Positions 1 through 12,009 of a stretch of 64,000 nt of DNA are shown in pieces. The position numbers were made by a program, and so were the translations under genes. Position 1 is the first letter of the stretch. Every line of letters starts with the position of its first letter. Source of the DNA: Stegostoma tigrinum (taxonomy: Eukaryota); contig NC_081396.1 in NCBI RefSeq assembly GCF_030684315.1, positions 1,550,001 through 1,614,000 of the forward strand, written 5' to 3'. Under the pieces are notes generated by a model. It was not told where the DNA came from. It did not search any database and saw only the letters and a program-made list of their open reading frames with translations.

Positions 1-42
1 GCACCCCAGACTGACTGAGGCAGCCCAGTCTCATGTAACATC

Positions 43-933
43 ATGTCTCACACGCCAGCAAAACAATGTGTGTCAGGGAATGAGAGATGCTCACCAGGGA
101 AAACACCCTTGCCAGGTGGACCGTTTGAATGCATTCAGTTAGATTTTATTGAATTGCCGCACGTAAGCTGTTATAAATATTTTCCTATCGTTGGAGATGT
201 ATTCAGTCGGTGGATAAAGGCTTTCCCAATGACAAACAACAAAGCCTCGACAGTAGTAAAACTATTATTAACTGAAATAATAACGAGGCTTGGAGTGCCG
301 TGACAAATTAGTTCCAACAACGGCCCTCACTTTGCAAGAAAGGTGAATAAGGAAATGTGTGATACGTTGCAAATCCAACAGCAATTTCAGTGTGCCTACC
401 AGCCTCGGGCAGCAGGGATAGTGGAACGAGCTAAGAGAACACTTAAAACGAAATTGACCAAGTTGACATTGGAGACCGGCCTTAATTGGCTGAAGGTTTT
501 GCAACTAGCGTTGCATCACATGCGAATAACGCCTCATTCTACTACTGGGCTCTCAGCTGCAGAAAGAGTCGATGGCCAGCCCAGTAGAACACCGTGGGAT
601 GCCAATACCAGCCCGCCCACCCAAATTGACCTAAATGTTATGGGAGAAGAAATGCAAAGTTACTTCCAACAACTAACATCATCATAAAAGTGTCTCCATT
701 CGCAGGTGAAGTGCGCCTTCAGACCACCTCTGCAGACACCGGACCAAGCCCTCAAGATTTGGGATCAGTCTTCATGGCCACAGATTGGAGATTTTGCAAT
801 TGTCCGGGTCTGGGATTGCCCCAAGCTTGGACCAATGTGGAAAGGAACGCACCAAGTCCTTCTCCAGACTCCGACAGCTCTTAATGTTAAAGGGCAGAAT
901 CGCTATATCCACCTACATGACGGTAAACGATGA
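43..933 (+). pseudogene. pol: ERV-A pol remnant: integrase core and C-terminal domain, with stops and a frameshift
   Basis: ORFs 43-303, 343-687 and 706-933 read PFECIQLDFIELP...DVFSRWIKAFP...*QISSNNGPHF...AAGIVER...GLNWLKVLQLAL...WKGTHQVLLQTPTALNV. This is a class I retroviral integrase with a degraded DDE triad. Confidence 0.9.
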
Positions 934-1152
934 ATTTCCTGATCACCTTGCAATTAATCATTGGACTGAGTATTATTCTGCCCTTATATGGCCAGCAGGA
1001 CAATCTGTTTTATAGGACACACATCTAGCTGCACGGAAATCAGACAGCATGTTACTGGCTTGCACGGTCCGCAGAAGCGTTATTTGTGGCAACACCTGCC
1101 TGGAACCCGAGTCAGCTTTATGAAGTAGAGTACTCCAGTAAGCCTTGCCGAG
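930..1152 (+). pseudogene. env: ERV-A env 5' fragment (signal peptide and start of SU), truncated
   Basis: ATG at 930 overlaps the pol stop (ATGA). It reads MNFLITLQLIIGLSIILPLYGQQDNLFYRTHI*LHGNQTACY..., a hydrophobic signal peptide at the expected env position, and ends abruptly at about 1152. Confidence 0.55.
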
Positions 1153-1154
1153 GA

Positions 1155-2743
1155 TAGATGGGATTGCAGGAACCGCAGTAGAATCGGGGCGCCTACCCGG
1201 GAACTGGTCGGCACAGTCCTGTGAAGTGTACGCCCTGATGAGAGCAATGGAGTTTTTGGGCAACCGGGAAGGCACAATCTACACTGATTCAAAGTATGCA
1301 TTTGGAGTAGTGCATACATTTGGCAAAATCTGGAAAGAGCGGGGGATGATAACGACAAGGGGGAGGGAGCTGGCCCATGAACAATTGATTAAAAAGACCT
1401 TGGACGCGCTCATGAAATCTGAAAGAATAGCGGTAGTACATGTTCCAGGACATCAAAAGGGAAATTCACTGGAGGCCAGAGGGAACCGAATAGCTGACGA
1501 GAACGCCCGAAAGACTGCCCAATCCGCGACGGTGCGAATGATGTCTCTGAACCCGTTGGGGGAACGGGTAAAGAAGGTACCGCTTTTCTCAGGCTCCAAT
1601 AAGGAGCGGATGAAAAAGGAGCTGGGAGCCAGACAAACAGCGGACGGGAAGTGGTGGCTTCTGGATGTTAGACATATACTAAACAAGGAGGTAACCAGGC
1701 GACTGCTGCACGAATTGCACTCCCAGTCCCATTGGGGAACCCAGGCGTTGTGTGATACCCTTTTACGAACTTACACATGTTCCGGTGTATGTACCTTAGC
1801 GAAAGAAACGGTGTCAGGATGTATAGTCTGCCAGAAAGTGAATAGAAAGGTGATGAGGGCACCACCAAAAAGGGGACAGCCATTGGCAGTACGACCATTT
1901 CAACGAATACCGATGGACTTCACTGAACTCCCTAGAGCCCAAATGTGGGGGTATATACTGGTGATATTAGACCACTACACCTGACGCGTAGAGGCCTTCC
2001 CTGTCGCTAGGGCGACCGCCCAGGTGGTGGCTAAGATTCTCTTAAAAGAGATAATCCCTGGGTATGGAATAATAGAATCCATTGATTCAGATAGGGGAAC
2101 ACACTTTGCGGCAAATGTGCATAAATTGATTTGGGGTACGTTGGGGATTACCTGGAAGCTGCACACCCCCTGGCACCCACAAAGTTCGGGAATGGTAGAT
2201 CGAATGAACGCCACCTTAAAGACACAAATAAGGAAGCTGGTCGAGGAAACAAAACTCCCCTGGACTAAGTGTTTACCGCTAGCTCTGCTCAGAATACGTA
2301 CTGCTCCCCAGAAGGATATAGGGGTGTCGCCGTATGAAATGTTGTTTGGATTCCCCTATCTAGGAGGGGAGGAAGGGGTCCCCACCTTTGAAAGTAATGA
2401 TGCGTTTCTAAGGAACTATTTACTGGCGATCTCTCGTTCACTTACAGAGCTTAAAACCAAAGGCTTGCTGAGACAGAGGCCTCCTCTGGATTTCCCCATC
2501 CACCCAATAAAGGCAGGAGATTGGGTCCTTGTCAAGTCGTGGAAAGAGGAGAAGTGACGGCCGCAGTGGTCTGGCCCATATCTAGTGTTACTGACAACAG
2601 AAACAGCGATTCGAACAAAAGAAAAAGGGTGGACGCACGCGGCGCGGGTAAAGGGACCAGTGGACCCATCAACTGAGGGAGCGTGGGAAGTCCGACCGGG
2701 GGACAATCCGTTGACATTATGGACTAAGCGAAAAGGACGATGA
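1155..2743 (+). pseudogene. pol: ERV-B pol: RNase H and integrase, two in-frame stops
   Basis: RNase H motifs SAQSCEVYAL, IYTDSKYAFG and HVPGHQKG...GNRIAD; integrase zinc finger HSQSH...CIVC; core MDFTE...SDRGTHF...SSGMVDR. Single frame with TGA at 1982 and 2555; natural stop at 2741-2743. Confidence 0.95.
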
Positions 2744-4139
2744 AGGACAGTAACCAGTTCAAAATTGTATATCACAGCCTGTTTACTATACTGTACCTCA
2801 CGGTTTGCGGAAGCGGGTTTAATTATTTTACTACACTCTGTGCGAACTATGCTCGACAAATTGTTGGGTATGTGCGGCCATCATGGGGAGTCCGGAATCC
2901 CTGTTACCATGCCTATGACTAGGGAGGAAGTAGACGAGGTGCTGCACTTCAACACCTCTGTAAGCGATACGTGGGAGTCGGGCAGGTGTGCATGGAATTC
3001 TAGTTACGGGAATTGGTGGCCACGTTGTGGGAAGTGGAAAGGGAGGAAGGAGAATTACAGTTTCAAGGGATGGTTTCCCCGACCGACCCCACGGACCCAA
3101 GGGGCAATTGATGGTCTCAGAGTTACGCCACCTCAGGGACAGGTTAACTCAACGTGTTTCTGTAACTGGAATGTGAGCGCCCTCTTCCAACTGGGGAACT
3201 CGTCCTGTAAAGTGCACCAAGTGGCCCACAAATATAGCATGCCCATACCATTAAACGGGACATATTGAGTATGTGACACCAGAGCATATCCATACCTGCC
3301 TGGGGAACGACATGAACATCAGGGAGACCGGGGATCCGGCATAGAGTGGACCTTGCCACCTGAGCAGAAGGGGTGGCGTGGTTGTTGTTACCGAGCCTAC
3401 CTAGTCCCTCATGTACACGTCCCAAAACAGGTCCCATGGACTAGAAAGGAACGGGGGAAGAAGAGGCGCAAACCCAGAAAGGTGACGGAGACTGACCGCT
3501 GGTTCTGGACCCTCTTACCTCCTTATGGGAGAGCTCGGGAAGGGGTAGAAATTCCACAGTTAGCTGCTGCCTTGGAAGAATTGGCCAATGTCACGGCCAT
3601 AGCTCTAAACGAGACGCAGACCCAGGTGCGGGCCCTCACTACTGAAATGATTGCCCTCAGATTAGTGGCCCTCCAAAACCGAATGGCCTTGGATTTTATA
3701 CTCACTGAGAAAGGGGGGGACCTGCGCTCTGATCGGGAATGAATGTTGTCCCTATGTCCCCGACGTGTCGCAAAACATTACTAACATCTCCCAACATATT
3801 CGGGGTCAAATTGATAAAATACGAGAAGTGAGGAATAGGTATCACAAGAAAGCAGGGTGGGAATGGAGCAATTGGGGCTTGAATGGATGGAGTAATTGGT
3901 TGGTGAACCTAGCGATTTATGGCCTAATCATAGTGGTAGGACTAATAATTGGCCTGAACATCCTGAAATGTCTATTGGCTCGTATGATGCCGGCCTCCCA
4001 GACCAACACGAGAACAGCACTATTGATGTTGAGCTGGATGAACGCACCAGGTCAGGCACCATCAGAGCGCAGGAAAACTAATGTTTGGAATCTGGACACT
4101 TCTTCAGAAATGGGTGAGGGAAAGGGGGCTCTGAATTAA
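2740..4139 (+). pseudogene. env: ERV-B gamma-type env (SU and TM), frameshifted
   Basis: ATG 2740 overlaps the pol stop. SU has a CWVC motif (about 2861), followed by a basic furin-like site KKRRKPR and the immunosuppressive domain LQNRMALDFILTEKGG. After a frameshift in the G-run (about 3713-3719) come CX6CC (CALIGNECC) and the membrane anchor WLVNLAIYGLIIVVGLIIGLNIL. Confidence 0.92.
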
Positions 4140-4330
4140 ATAGTGAGGGTGGAGGTGATGCTAGAAGGTGGATAGAGGAGCAGATCGGTGGAGAAAAGAT
4201 GGGCGAGTCAAGAAGGTGGTGATGACGCAAGTAAAGGTCAGTGTAGCTAGGGAGTTAGGTTGGGGGTTTGTCAGTGAGGTGAGAGGGATGGGTAAGTAGG
4301 AGGGTACAAGGGCAAGTTCAGGAGGTGAGT
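4028..4330 (-). mobile_element. Diverged Penelope-like terminal fragment embedded between ERV-B env and the PPT
   Basis: gagctggatgaacgcaccaggtcaggcaccatcagagcgcaggaaaactaatgtttggaatctggacacttcttcagaaatggg aligns by eye to the Penelope termini at about 31438 and 54520, followed by the same purine-rich tract. Confidence 0.7.
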
Positions 4331-4387
4331 ATACTGCTCGTAGGTAGGAATTGGTGAAGGAGGCTTGTTAGAAGGAACGTCTTAAGC

Positions 4388-4725
4388 AAGAAAGAAAAGA
4401 GGGATTGTATGAGCAAGTAAATACCAGAGACTTAAACTTTCACAGTTAAGTTCACAAATGAATCTGATGAAGAGATGAAAATCAGAAATGCAGAAGAAAC
4501 GACAATTAGAGGGTCTCTGAGAAATATGGTTGTTCTGGAACTTCAGTAGGACCTCAGTAGAGAGAGGATGAGGCGTTTCAAATGTCGAAGTTCCATTATG
4601 TCAAATCCTTGAAAATACCAGTCTAGGAGCCAATTTAGGTGAATAAACACAAAGCAGCTGGATCGACGGGGATTGTCATGAATAAAAGCAACGAGTTGCA
4701 AATCGTTTGCTGAAATATTAGTACA
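4388..4725 (+). mobile_element. ERV-B polypurine tract and probable 3' LTR (3' end uncertain)
   Basis: PPT aagaaagaaaagaggga (4388-4404), then TGTA at 4406. AATAAA at 4681 and a possible TACA end at 4722-4725. Confidence 0.5.
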
Positions 4726-4877
4726 GTGTCGTGAGAGCATATTTTGTGGTGGGATCAATGTTTATGCTTTAAAGTGGCAAACAAATTCAAAATGTTTCAG
4801 GATATGTGGAATTCGCAGATAGTATAGGATAGACCGGGCCATTGCAATCAACAATTGGAGACATGAGCTCAGTCAGC

Positions 4878-5350
4878 AATAGAATCATAGAGCTATACAG
4901 AATGGAAACAGACCCTTTGGTCCAACTTATCCATGCCGACCAGGTTTCTAACATTGGCCTCTTCCCATTTGTCAGTCGTTGGCTCACATTCGTAAAAGCT
5001 ATTACTATTCATGTACACATCCAGATGCCTTTTAATTGTCTTAATTGCACCAGCAGCCATCATTTCCACTGGCTGCTCATTCCAAATACGCACCACCCTC
5101 TGCGTAAAAAATTGATAACTTAAGTCCCTTTTACATCTTTCCCCTCTCACTTTAAGCTTACACCCTCTAATAAAGGGCTCAATTGCTCTGAATAAAATAC
5201 CTTTGTTATTCAATCTATGTTTCCCCACCATGATTTGATTAACTTCTCTCAGTTCACCCTCAACCTCCGAAGCTCCAGGGAAAATCATTCCCGGTTATTG
5301 AGCCTATCGCTTCAGCTAAAACCCTTTAAACTCAGCAACACACTCAAAAA
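4878..5350 (-). mobile_element. CR1-type LINE 3' fragment
   Basis: ORF 4893-5288(-) RGCKLKVRGERCKRDLSYQFFTQRVVRIWNEQP...KRHLDVYMN matches the CR1 ORF2 C-terminus. Confidence 0.85.
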
Positions 5351-5385
5351 TCATTGATAAAAAAAACTCTTCTTCTTTTCCACAG

Positions 5386-6290
5386 CAAACCTGGCAGTGA
5401 ACATAATCCTATCGCAAGGACGATGTGATCTTTCTCAATGCAACACCTTCTATCTGCTGGCGTTAGCTGTGACCGATTACCTTGTTACCATTTCTGGCTG
5501 TATCCTCAACAGAATTGGTGGAATCTAGTTTTCGAATAGTGTTATGTTCACTACTCAAGGGTGTACCCTTAGTACTGTGCTCATTTATACCACTCGCGAT
5601 GGGCCAGTTTGGTTTACTGTGGCCTTCACCATCGACCGCTTTGTGTCTATCCGTTTTCCCAGCCTAAAAATTAAGTATTGCACCAAAAAAACTGTTTCAT
5701 GGATCATAGGAATGCTCTGTGTCCTGAGCTGCGTCAAGAACGTCCCATATTATTTTGTCTTTCAGCCATTGTACGTGGTGGATGGAATGCCATGGTTCTG
5801 CGGTATCAAACCTATCTGTTACACATCACCTGCCTGGCAGGCTTATGACTGGCTGGAGTATAGCTTAACTCCCTGTCTTCCGTTCCTTCTGATTCTGCTC
5901 CTTAATATCCTGGCAGCGAGACACATCTTGGCAGCGAGCAGAATTCGTCAGAAGCTCTGTGTCACCAAGAAGCATGGAGACTTAGAGGTAACCAACCGCA
6001 AAAAGTCCATTGTCCTGCTCTTCGCCATCTGCCTTAGCTTCCTACTCTTGTGGGTAGCCTATATAGTGCATTACCTCTACGGACAGCTTACAGGTGAGGG
6101 ATATACAACGCCAAATGATCCATGGTGCAGCTTTCAAGAGATGACCAACATGTTCCAGTTAGTCAACTCCTTGAGCAATGTCTTCATCTTTGCTGTGACT
6201 CAGAAGAGATTCCGGGAGGAGGCAAAGAATCTAATAATGCATCCCTTCACTTGGCTCATTGGATGTTTTAAACATTGCAAAATAGACTGA
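5386..6290 (+). pseudogene. GPR139/GPR142-like class A GPCR, main coding exon with an in-frame stop
   Basis: Acceptor ttcttttccacag, then (A)NLAVNIILSQGRCDLSQCNTFYLLALAVTDYLV...GGI* (TAG 5526-5528). It continues WFTVAFTIDRFVSI...LTPCLPFLLILLLN...NRKKSIVLLFAI...NSLSNVFIFAVTQKRFREE. Exon 1 was not found in the window. Confidence 0.85.
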
Positions 6291-6344
6291 TTGGTCTTTT
6301 TTGTTCGTTGTTTCAAATCCATCATCGTGGCCTGTTGTGTCACA

Positions 6345-6545
6345 CTCTTTGTCTCTTTCTTTCCTTTTCTCTTTCCTCCTTCCTTCTTTTCTTTCTTTCT
6401 TTATTTCTCCCTTCCTTCCTTCAATTCTGTTTTTTTCTTTCCTTCTTTCTATCTTTCTTTCTTTCTTTATTTTCTTGCTTTCTTTCGTTCTTTCTCTCTT
6501 TCATCCTCCTTGTTTGACTCTTTCATTCTCTCTTTCTTTCTCATT
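6345..6545. repeat. CT-rich (CTTT-like) low-complexity tract
   Basis: Run of tctttctttc-type units; it explains the F/S/L-rich ORFs here. Confidence 0.9.
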
Positions 6546-6769
6546 CAAATTCACACGATCTCTTTCACAATCACTCCTTCTGTCAAAGTCAAGTCAGGAA
6601 CATAATCTTTTCTCACCCTGTCTCACTCTCTCACTCAAACGCACAACCTGGCTCATATATTTCCTCACACAGTAACTCACATTCACTTACATCCATTGTT
6701 CAACTCATTCAGAAAAGCTTAATATTGACACATACAAAGTTGCTCTCGCATGCAATCACACAGAGTACA

Positions 6770-8190
6770 TAAAAATGGGTAACCATGGGCCCATTGGCTT
6801 AACTTAAACTGTGACCAAAATGTTTGAATCTGTCAATTTAGAGGAAACAGAGATAGATCTGGGTAGAAATTGTCCAAACGGTCAGACACTGAGAGGCTTC
6901 ATGAAAGGCAAGAACATTTAACTCACACAGTCGAAATTTATTGAGAATATTAATCTTACTGGTGTGGTGGGACAACAGGGACCCGGGAGATCTGTTGTGT
7001 CTGAATTTCCAGAGGACATTCAACAAAGTGATGCATGAAAGACTGATGCATAAGATAAGTCTACACAGCGTTACAAGTGTTGCACGAGCATGGACAGACG
7101 ATAGGTTAGCTAACAGAAAGCAAAGTGTATGCATAAAAGCGTGTCTTCCCTCTTTCTTGTTTGATATTCACTGTCTGGTGGTGTGCATCAGAATTCGGTG
7201 ATGGGACCTCTGTATGGTATAATTTACAATGTTGATTTGGAATTGGGGGCCAAGTGTCATGTGTTAGATTTCACCGAGGAGATTTAAATAACTGATACAG
7301 TAGATTGGGCAGACGACACTGAGAGTTTGCAGAGGGATAAATGAGCTAAGTTTTTGAGCAAAAATCTAGCGTTTGGAACATAACGTTTTTCAATGTGAGC
7401 TCATCCGTTTAAGAGGGATAACAACAGGATGGTGAATGGTTACAGCATGTTGCTGTGCACAGGGAGCTGGTGGTTCTGTTGAACTAGTACAAAAGGCTGG
7501 TTTACAGGTACCAAAGGTAATTCAGAACGGAAATGTAACGTTTTCCTTCATTGCTAGAGGGATGGATATAAAACGCAGAAAGGTGATGCTGCAGCTGTAT
7601 ACGGTTCGAGTGAATGCCACAAATGGAGCACCAATAATCATGAAGGCTTTCTTACCTGAGGAGAAATGTGCTGGCAGTGGAGGGGAGCAGAGGCAATTCA
7701 CTCGATTTGTTCTGGGAATTTGGGGGGATTGGCTTATGAGGAGAGTATCAGTGCACCAGAATGATATGAATTGCAACTTATAAAAAGAAAAGAGAAGGTA
7801 TGTTATATAAACAGATACATTGAGGAGGGAAAAGATAAGATAGAAATAGAGAGGTTGTTACCACTGATTGGGGGTGAGGCGGGGAAGTGGTGAAACCAGA
7901 ACTAAGGGGTATAGCCTCAAAAGAAGTTGGAACAGATTTAAGACTGAGCTGAGTAGAAACTTCTTCACCCAAAGCACTGTGAATCTCTGGAATTCCTTAT
8001 CTTTGAAGCAATTGAAGTTACATCACTTCTTGAGACAATCATGGATAGATTTTTGAAGATTAAACGAATTAGGGTTTATGGTCAACATGAGGTTAAGTGG
8101 GGCTGAATCCATTAAAACATCAGCCATGATTTCATTCAATGATGCCAGCGGGCCAATGGGCCATGTCTCTTACTCCTGTTTCTGTTCTCA
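6770..8190 (+). mobile_element. Decayed CR1-type LINE (RT to 3' end)
   Basis: Fragments LNFQRTFNKVMHERL, WTDDRLANRKQSV, FIARGMDIKRRKVMLQLY and TKGYSLK...RNFFTQSTVNLWNSL. Confidence 0.8.
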
Positions 8191-8309
8191 TTTGCTGGAA
8201 TTCATATGTTCTCTGTTGATGCATCAGCATGGTCTTAGGGCCCTTCGTTTGATATATGTGAGGCATGGCCAAACAATATTTGCCACTGCACAGTTTGCAT
8301 GTTGTTTAA

Positions 8310-8497
8310 GATAAAAAAGGTGCAGAGCTGGATGACCACAGCAGGCCAAGCAGCATGATGGGAGCACGTAGGCTGACGTTTCGGGCCTAGACCCTTCATC
8401 AGAAAGGGTCCTATGATGCTACTTGGCCAGCTGTGTTCATCCATCTCTATACCTTGTTATCTCGAATTCTCCAGCATCTGTAGTTCCTACTGTCTCT
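8310..8497. mobile_element. Short fold-back Penelope-terminus derivative
   Basis: gagctggatgaccacagcaggccaagcagcat ... atgctacttggccagctgtgttcatccatctc are inverted arms around a hammerhead core. Confidence 0.75.
8375..8402 (-). ncRNA. Minimal type I hammerhead ribozyme core (Penelope-associated)
   Basis: The minus strand reads CTGATGA-A-GGG-TCTAGG-CCC-GAAA-CGTC: both conserved core boxes, a pairable stem II and a GUC cleavage triplet. Confidence 0.8.
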
Positions 8498-8859
8498 TAG
8501 TGACTTTATAAAATTGTATATGATCATCCTTCACCCTTCCACCGTCATGGAAAATAAATAAATAATACAGGAAATCATGACAGCCTCTCAAACCTCTCCT
8601 TGGAATTCAAACCTTCCAGTTCATCTGCAGTATTGTGTTGTGTCTGCCTATATTACACAAGTGGAACATTAAACTGTCAGCACACTCAAGTGCAACTTAG
8701 TTCTTATTTCTTGAAATTTAACTTTCGTGGCTAGGAAAATGCACCAGAGCTGTTGAACCCATTTTATGACTGAAACAATGAATTCGATGCACTCAAAGAT
8801 TAATCAAAATATGGAACAAATTTGCAGATAAAGTATTCCAGATAAAGTAAACTCAAGCC

Positions 8860-9047
8860 AAAAGTAGAAGTTGCTGGATAAAATGCAACAGCTCTGACAC
8901 GATCTATAGAATGAAATCAGAGATAAATTTCCAGAACAAACGACCATTATTCAGTACTGATTGCAGTGAGAAATTTGTTGGTGTATACACCAGAGAGTGG
9001 GTGGGTAGAGACGAAATAGTCAACTATAGGTCGAAATAGAACCCATG

Positions 9048-9113
<66 letters not shown>

Positions 9114-9600
9114 ACAGGCAAACTACGGAATGTGTGAAGTATATCTTAGAAGTACAGCAAGCTACTAATGGGGATGTTATTGGTTAATTGTTTGTGATTG
9201 CAGGCAATGTGATAACAGTGTCTAGGAATTCAGGAAAGCATTGGGGTAGGAAGTCGGAAGAACTTGTTCAGGCCGAAAGATTATTGAACTCGACTTTGAA
9301 CCCAGAAGCTTGCAATGTTTACAAGCGGAAAATGAACCGTCCATCCTCTTTGTGATGAAAACATCAGCGTATTACTTGGAGAATGATGGCAGTGTCGAGA
9401 CAGAGACATTGACCAAGGAACACGTTGATGTATTGAAATGGCAGGCAACCAAAAGTTCATTGTTATTTTGTGAACAGAATGCAGGAATTCTGCAAAACTG
9501 TCGGCCAGTCTACTCTTCCATAACCAAAAGTAAAGCACAAAGCATTGTGAGCTCCGGTCCCTCCCTGGAATTTCACTGGTACCAACACATGTAGTAACTG
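8860..9600 (-). mobile_element. Old, highly decayed Penelope-like fragment
   Basis: Weak similarity of 9280-9580 to the GIY-YIG region at 12420-12660, and of 8860-8960 to Penelope termini. Confidence 0.45.
9051..9108. repeat. (AG)n microsatellite
   Basis: Perfect AG dinucleotide run. Confidence 0.99.
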
Positions 9601-12009
9601 CTCGGGTCAAAACTCACTGGTTTCAGAGGTCCTGGTAAAAGACAGCGGTTTCAGGGATAGGTTTCCCTGCCTTCTACTGAGACAAACCCAAACCCGATAG
9701 TGCAAGTAGGAGGGACAACCATTACTCATTAAACACGCATGATTTCTGGTGAAATTCTCAAGCTCCCATCCCACCCGCACATTGGGGAGGGGATTATCAG
9801 GGAAATTGAAAACCTTGTTCAATTTTGCGGATTTGTTTGGAGTTGTACATTGGATAAGAGAACATGAGATCTCCATGCTACCATGCTACCTGTGACTGTG
9901 GTATATGAGACAGTCTGACGTCCACTCACTCACTGACAAAGTATTTGGAAAATTGTTGAATTCTGACCCTCATGCACAAAAAGTTGTGATTCGAAAGAAC
10001 AGAGGCTTGTTTGAGGAATCAGGTTGCTGGATGCATGGAATCGACTTCTGATGTAATTACACGAGATTCTGCCCACCTATCACGACCTTGGAACCAATAC
10101 CATTTCTGTGCCAGTGATGGAGAAATTGTGTGAATTGGAAGCGGCTGCCTGTCACTCGGATAAAAAGGCTCATTTATGCCCACTCTGTTTCCTGCTTGTC
10201 AACAAATTCTCAGTCACTGTGCCAACGCCTTATAGCCAGTCATTTATTGCCCAAAAACATCTGATATGACAGTCTGTCAAAAGTTTTCTGAAATTGCAAA
10301 TACAGTGAATGCACTTGATCTCTCTCATTTATTCTATTCATTATGTCCTCGAAAAAGAAAAGGTTCACTGGGTTTTTGAAGAATGGTCTGTTTTCATAAC
10401 CCATGCTGGGTTTAATAATACGTTAAGAATGTACTGTTATCCCAAGAAATGCAGAGATACATGCATGTTGCAAACGTTCGAGGCAACACGGCACAGTTCA
10501 TTTTAAGTATTCTGCCGTTCTATGAAACGAACCCCCTAATAGTGTTTTGGAAGGGATTACAATCTGTTTTATCAAAGGCTAATTTGATGTGTCCCATGAG
10601 TTAAAATAGATCGTGGCCTGCCACTGAGAAATTAAGGGTTTGCAAAGCGCTGCATCACACAGTTACAAATCAACAATGCATCTAGTGCCTGATTGGCAAC
10701 ATTCTGAGCTGCCCCAATCTGTTGCTCGAAGTAATGACAGTCAGGGAAGTTTATTCGTTCCTAAGAGTGGGAGTGCAATATTCAGTCAACTGCATCCATG
10801 GATTTGCAGCAGCAACTACAGTGTTTACAGAGACTGCCATGAATTTGTGAAAGAATGCCAAATCAAACATTGCCAACAGTTATGATGGCATCACAATGAT
10901 GCAATATTACAATAGCCATTACTTTAGGGAACAATGGAAGTACATGTACATGTTTATGTGCAAGTGTATGTCTACGTGTATCATGTACTGGAGATTTGAG
11001 TGTGCTCCATGCATGCATGCTTGACCACCTGTATATGCGTGCACGTCTGTCTGTGACTGTGTTTGCACCATTTGTGCGAGGAAGTATGTTCACACATTTG
11101 TATCTTTGTGTTTCTCTGTGTGCAAGCCTTCAGGATCACATGGCTGCTGCACCATTACGTTTATTCATGATGGTTCATTAGTTTCTGCACCAATTTCCCA
11201 ACAGATCTTATTACTCAAACATTTACAAGTGTAAAGTTCACATAATCTCATTGATATTGAACGAGTATCCACACACCATTGGGTTACAGAATTCCATATA
11301 TTCGTCACATTTTGTTTGGGGTTCGTTTAATCCCAACTGACCAACAAATTTATTGGAACAATCCGAGTCTACTTCTATACTCAGGTATGTCTGCATTAAA
11401 CAGGAGGTGAAATGCCCCCATGTTAGGATTTTTTTGTCCTAAAAACTGCACCACGGCAAAAGTAATTACTGCATACGTATTAAACATCACCAAATCGAAA
11501 TAAACCTTGTATATCTGTTTTGTTTCCGGATGCACTGCTCTGAGAAACTGTCCTAAATGCCTACTTACAAAGTATCTTCCAGACAACAATTTCAGCAATC
11601 CAATTTATCCCATTCATTTAATTTCAAAATCGATCACAATGACAAAATTTATTTTAATTCAAGCTGCTTTATTCAACCCTCCAATATCTCTGCACTTCTT
11701 CACTTCTTCCCTGATCCACTTTATCTGATGATTCGAAGGCACGCTTTCGGTTTGAAAGTTTGTAAACATTGATTTATTTCTACGCAGTGCACCTTGCTCT
11801 TTGCTAGCATTTTCACCTTCTGTTATACTTTCCTTACACGTTTATTTTATCGCCTGTTGTTTGTGGTACTTGATATTTTAATGAGAGCCATGCAAAGGTA
11901 AAGGAAACTGATCTACCAGGTTGCAAAGTTTTGACACCGGAGCGATAAAATCAAGCCGATTGGGGTATTCATTACTCCTATTTCGACTGTCACAACCATG
12001 TACATTTTG

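Noticed and set aside
6275-6675. F/S/L-rich ORFs resembling membrane proteins
   Set aside because: Translation of a CT-rich low-complexity tract.
11515-11840. Minus-strand NAR-like or V-like hints (SITEGENAS, IKWIR, SGRYF, GACAGTT...ACAAAACAG)
   Set aside because: Motif spacing is inconsistent, there is no conserved Cys in frame, and the heptamer lacks CAC.
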